Shown piece after piece: positions 61,727 to 64,000 of a stretch of 64,000 nucleotides of DNA. The position numbers and the translations under genes are program-made. Within the stretch, counting starts at the first letter, position 1. The number at the start of each line of letters is the position of its first letter. Source of the DNA: Balanoglossus misakiensis (Eukaryota > Animalia > Hemichordata); contig CM082585.2 in assembly GCA_040954595.2 (NCBI GenBank), positions 696,814 to 760,813 of the forward strand, given 5' to 3'. Below the pieces are notes generated by a model. That model was not told the DNA's origin and did not search any database. It saw nothing but the letters and a program-made list of their open reading frames with translations.

Positions 61727-62734
61727 TGGGCTGGGGGCTGCAGGCAGAATATATGAACAAAGGATACGCGTGAAAAAAAGACAATTACCTACTTTGCTAC
61801 CGTGGGTCTTTGACTAATTAAAACATGATAACGTGCATCAAAGCCAGCCGAGGCTTCAGGGGCATAGTATTCCTGAGTTTATACGCGAAGAAACCAAGAA
61901 ATATTCATGAGTATGTAGACGGAACTTGTCTTTTAGCTCAAATTTGACCTGGCTTGAGGTCACTGTGACAGCGCAGCCAGCGGTAGAATTGGGGTAGGCA
62001 TGAAGAACATATCTACTACAAAAACTGGTGAGGACGGGGGGGGGGGGGGGGGGAGATGGGGGGGGGGGTGGGGGCTTTTCAGTTTAGTCACGGTCCTTGG
62101 TTTTGGCCTTCGGCTTCACTAGAAAAGCCAAAAAACCACAATGCCGAAGGCCAACTCGTCGAAGCACCTGGTACGTCTATGGCAGAAGTCAGTATTTACA
62201 TGTTCTGACTCGGTACACGCCATGCACTTGCCAAGAGATTCCACGAGGAATACCATGATGATGAACGGCTCGGGCGTCTTCGTGTGCACGAAGACACGAT
62301 ACTAGGCTTCATTGACCCTGTCTCATTCTTTTCTTTTCATGCGCATAAGGACATGAAAAGTCGACCTAACCTTTTGGTTTATCACTTACTGTGGTTTTAT
62401 AGGGATGCTGTGAGTGAAAAAGTGGCACATTCGGGTTGTTGCCTTATACTTAATTTCGCCATTTCTATTGGAGCAGGCTACACCGGGCCCAGGGTCGAAC
62501 TTAAAACAATTTGCAGCCGTGATGGTCGAACAATGTCCGACAAACTTTAGGCACGTCAAGCTTATGCCTTCCTGGGTCGCCCGACAAGAATGAACTTCTA
62601 TTTTAACGATAGGGCCTATTCCAATCGATACCCGCTGTATCAGTCACGCAATAATGAACACGAAATCCAGATCCCCCAAAATGATGTTTCACTAGACTCG
62701 GGGAGAGTGCTGTTTAGTACCAACAGGCAATTAA

Positions 62735-62850
62735 AGGTATACGGTCACCTATGGAAAATTAGCTATAGTTACCATGGCAAATTGAGATGTAGCCAATCGC
62801 AGATTTTTAGTGGGTGGCACACGCGAAAAAAGAGCGCCGCCATATGTTCT
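62735..62850. mobile_element. End of a Kolobok-like element of the 43013-43197 family
   Basis: ttaa|aggtatacggtcacctatggaaaattagctatag...agccaatc...ccatatgttct. Confidence 0.6.
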
Positions 62851-64000
62851 CATCTCAGCCCTATATGGTCCTATGTAACCACCTCATGTCATTTACAGAA
62901 TTGGAACACCCTAAAGAATGTCATGCAGACAATGTCACGTGTTGTTCCATGACCAACCAAACAACAAACTCATGTCCAAATCAATTACATTCCAAAGAAT
63001 GCTCCAAATATGCAGAATTGCCACGCAAGTCGAGCATACTTAAGCACTCTGCACAACTGAAACATAAAATCCAAGCTTTAAACAATACAACAATAAACAA
63101 TCCATTCTGATCGAATTAATGACCAAATAAAACGAAAAACACAACTCGACCCACAAAAAGTTTACGAAGCGCTTTTAATCGCTCATTAATGTTTGATCTC
63201 GAGGAGACGTGTTAAAAATCCGCTATGAAAAGCAGGGGAGAACAATAGCCTATTTTTACCAGGTAAACAGACACCAGGTAAAAATCCACCCATGCTTCCA
63301 GACCGCTCTAGGATAGTGATCCACCCAATGAAACTGTATCTCTTTAACTTTAATTTGCAAACTCGTGGAATTGATCATTTTATAAATCGCTCCATTTTGA
63401 CGTTTTCTCTGTGGTTTGTTAATACGAATTTTGTCTGTGCCAAATCTGTCCTCTAATACTGTCACTTGTATTATAGTTCAAATTACACAGAAGTATAATA
63501 CAACGTTTTGAAAAAGACAGACATTTTTCGTGGGAACGGTGATATACTTAGGCCACACTCGAGCTAAAAACAAAAGTCTATATTTTATCAAAAATGCCTT
63601 GGACGCACAGACATCTACAGGATGTGGAAGGGGCGGGTCAAAACCGCGATCTAAGTGGGGGCGTTTCACCATCAATCAAACCCACGCCCAGGTGCATGTG
63701 AACGGCCGAAGCAGTGTAACGTTTCACATTCCGTGCAACGTCCGACACTGTGTGAAAGCGGTTGCTGTCGGGTGGCTTGACCTAATTTTCGTACATTGAT
63801 ATGCATTTGACACCTCACTACCTGTTTTCTCAATATTGCTAAAACTTTGCGTTGAAATATCACTGAAATGTTGATGATCCACGCACAAGTCGTCTACCCC
63901 GGCATGAAAAGCTTTTATACAAGAAAACTAATTGCACATGACCACCAAGGTCATACCGCAAGGTGTGTCTAAATGTCAAGGAAGGACATTGGGAGGGGGG

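Noticed and set aside
63256-63378. Possible first (signal peptide) exon of the uif-like gene
   Set aside because: An ATG and a weak donor exist, but there is no recognisable homology or clear hydrophobic core; unsupported.

Overview
AT-rich, intron- and repeat-rich eukaryotic DNA with no prokaryotic-style features. The repeat families and the gene suggest a marine invertebrate (inference). Main content: (1) 1-26 kb: a diverged ~4-5.5 kb tandem duplication carrying short exon-like cassettes that look non-coding, many MITE and Helentron-like (HINE) elements, a 6.3-copy ~1.13-kb tandem array, a LINE 3' fragment and minisatellites. (2) 26.3-42.4 kb: a 16-kb, 90-bp satellite with higher-order duplications; it produces the long repetitive ORFs on both strands, judged non-coding. 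(3) 43.2-60.7 kb, minus strand: a damaged multi-exon uninflatable (uif)-like gene (C-type lectin, CUB x3, Ca-EGF x2) with two in-frame stops and missing exons. (4) 52485-58775, in an intron of that gene: a tyrosine-recombinase (DIRS-order, PAT-like) retrotransposon with both termini present, split direct repeats, gag-CCHC, RT/RNaseH/Dam-like methylase and an ALOG-domain recombinase. Most notable: its three non-overlapping ORFs each begin at a phase-0 3' splice site and there is one upstream phase-0 donor exon, suggesting one leader exon alternatively spliced to Gag, Pol and YR. Its repeat junction also forms a loxP/dif-like palindrome.
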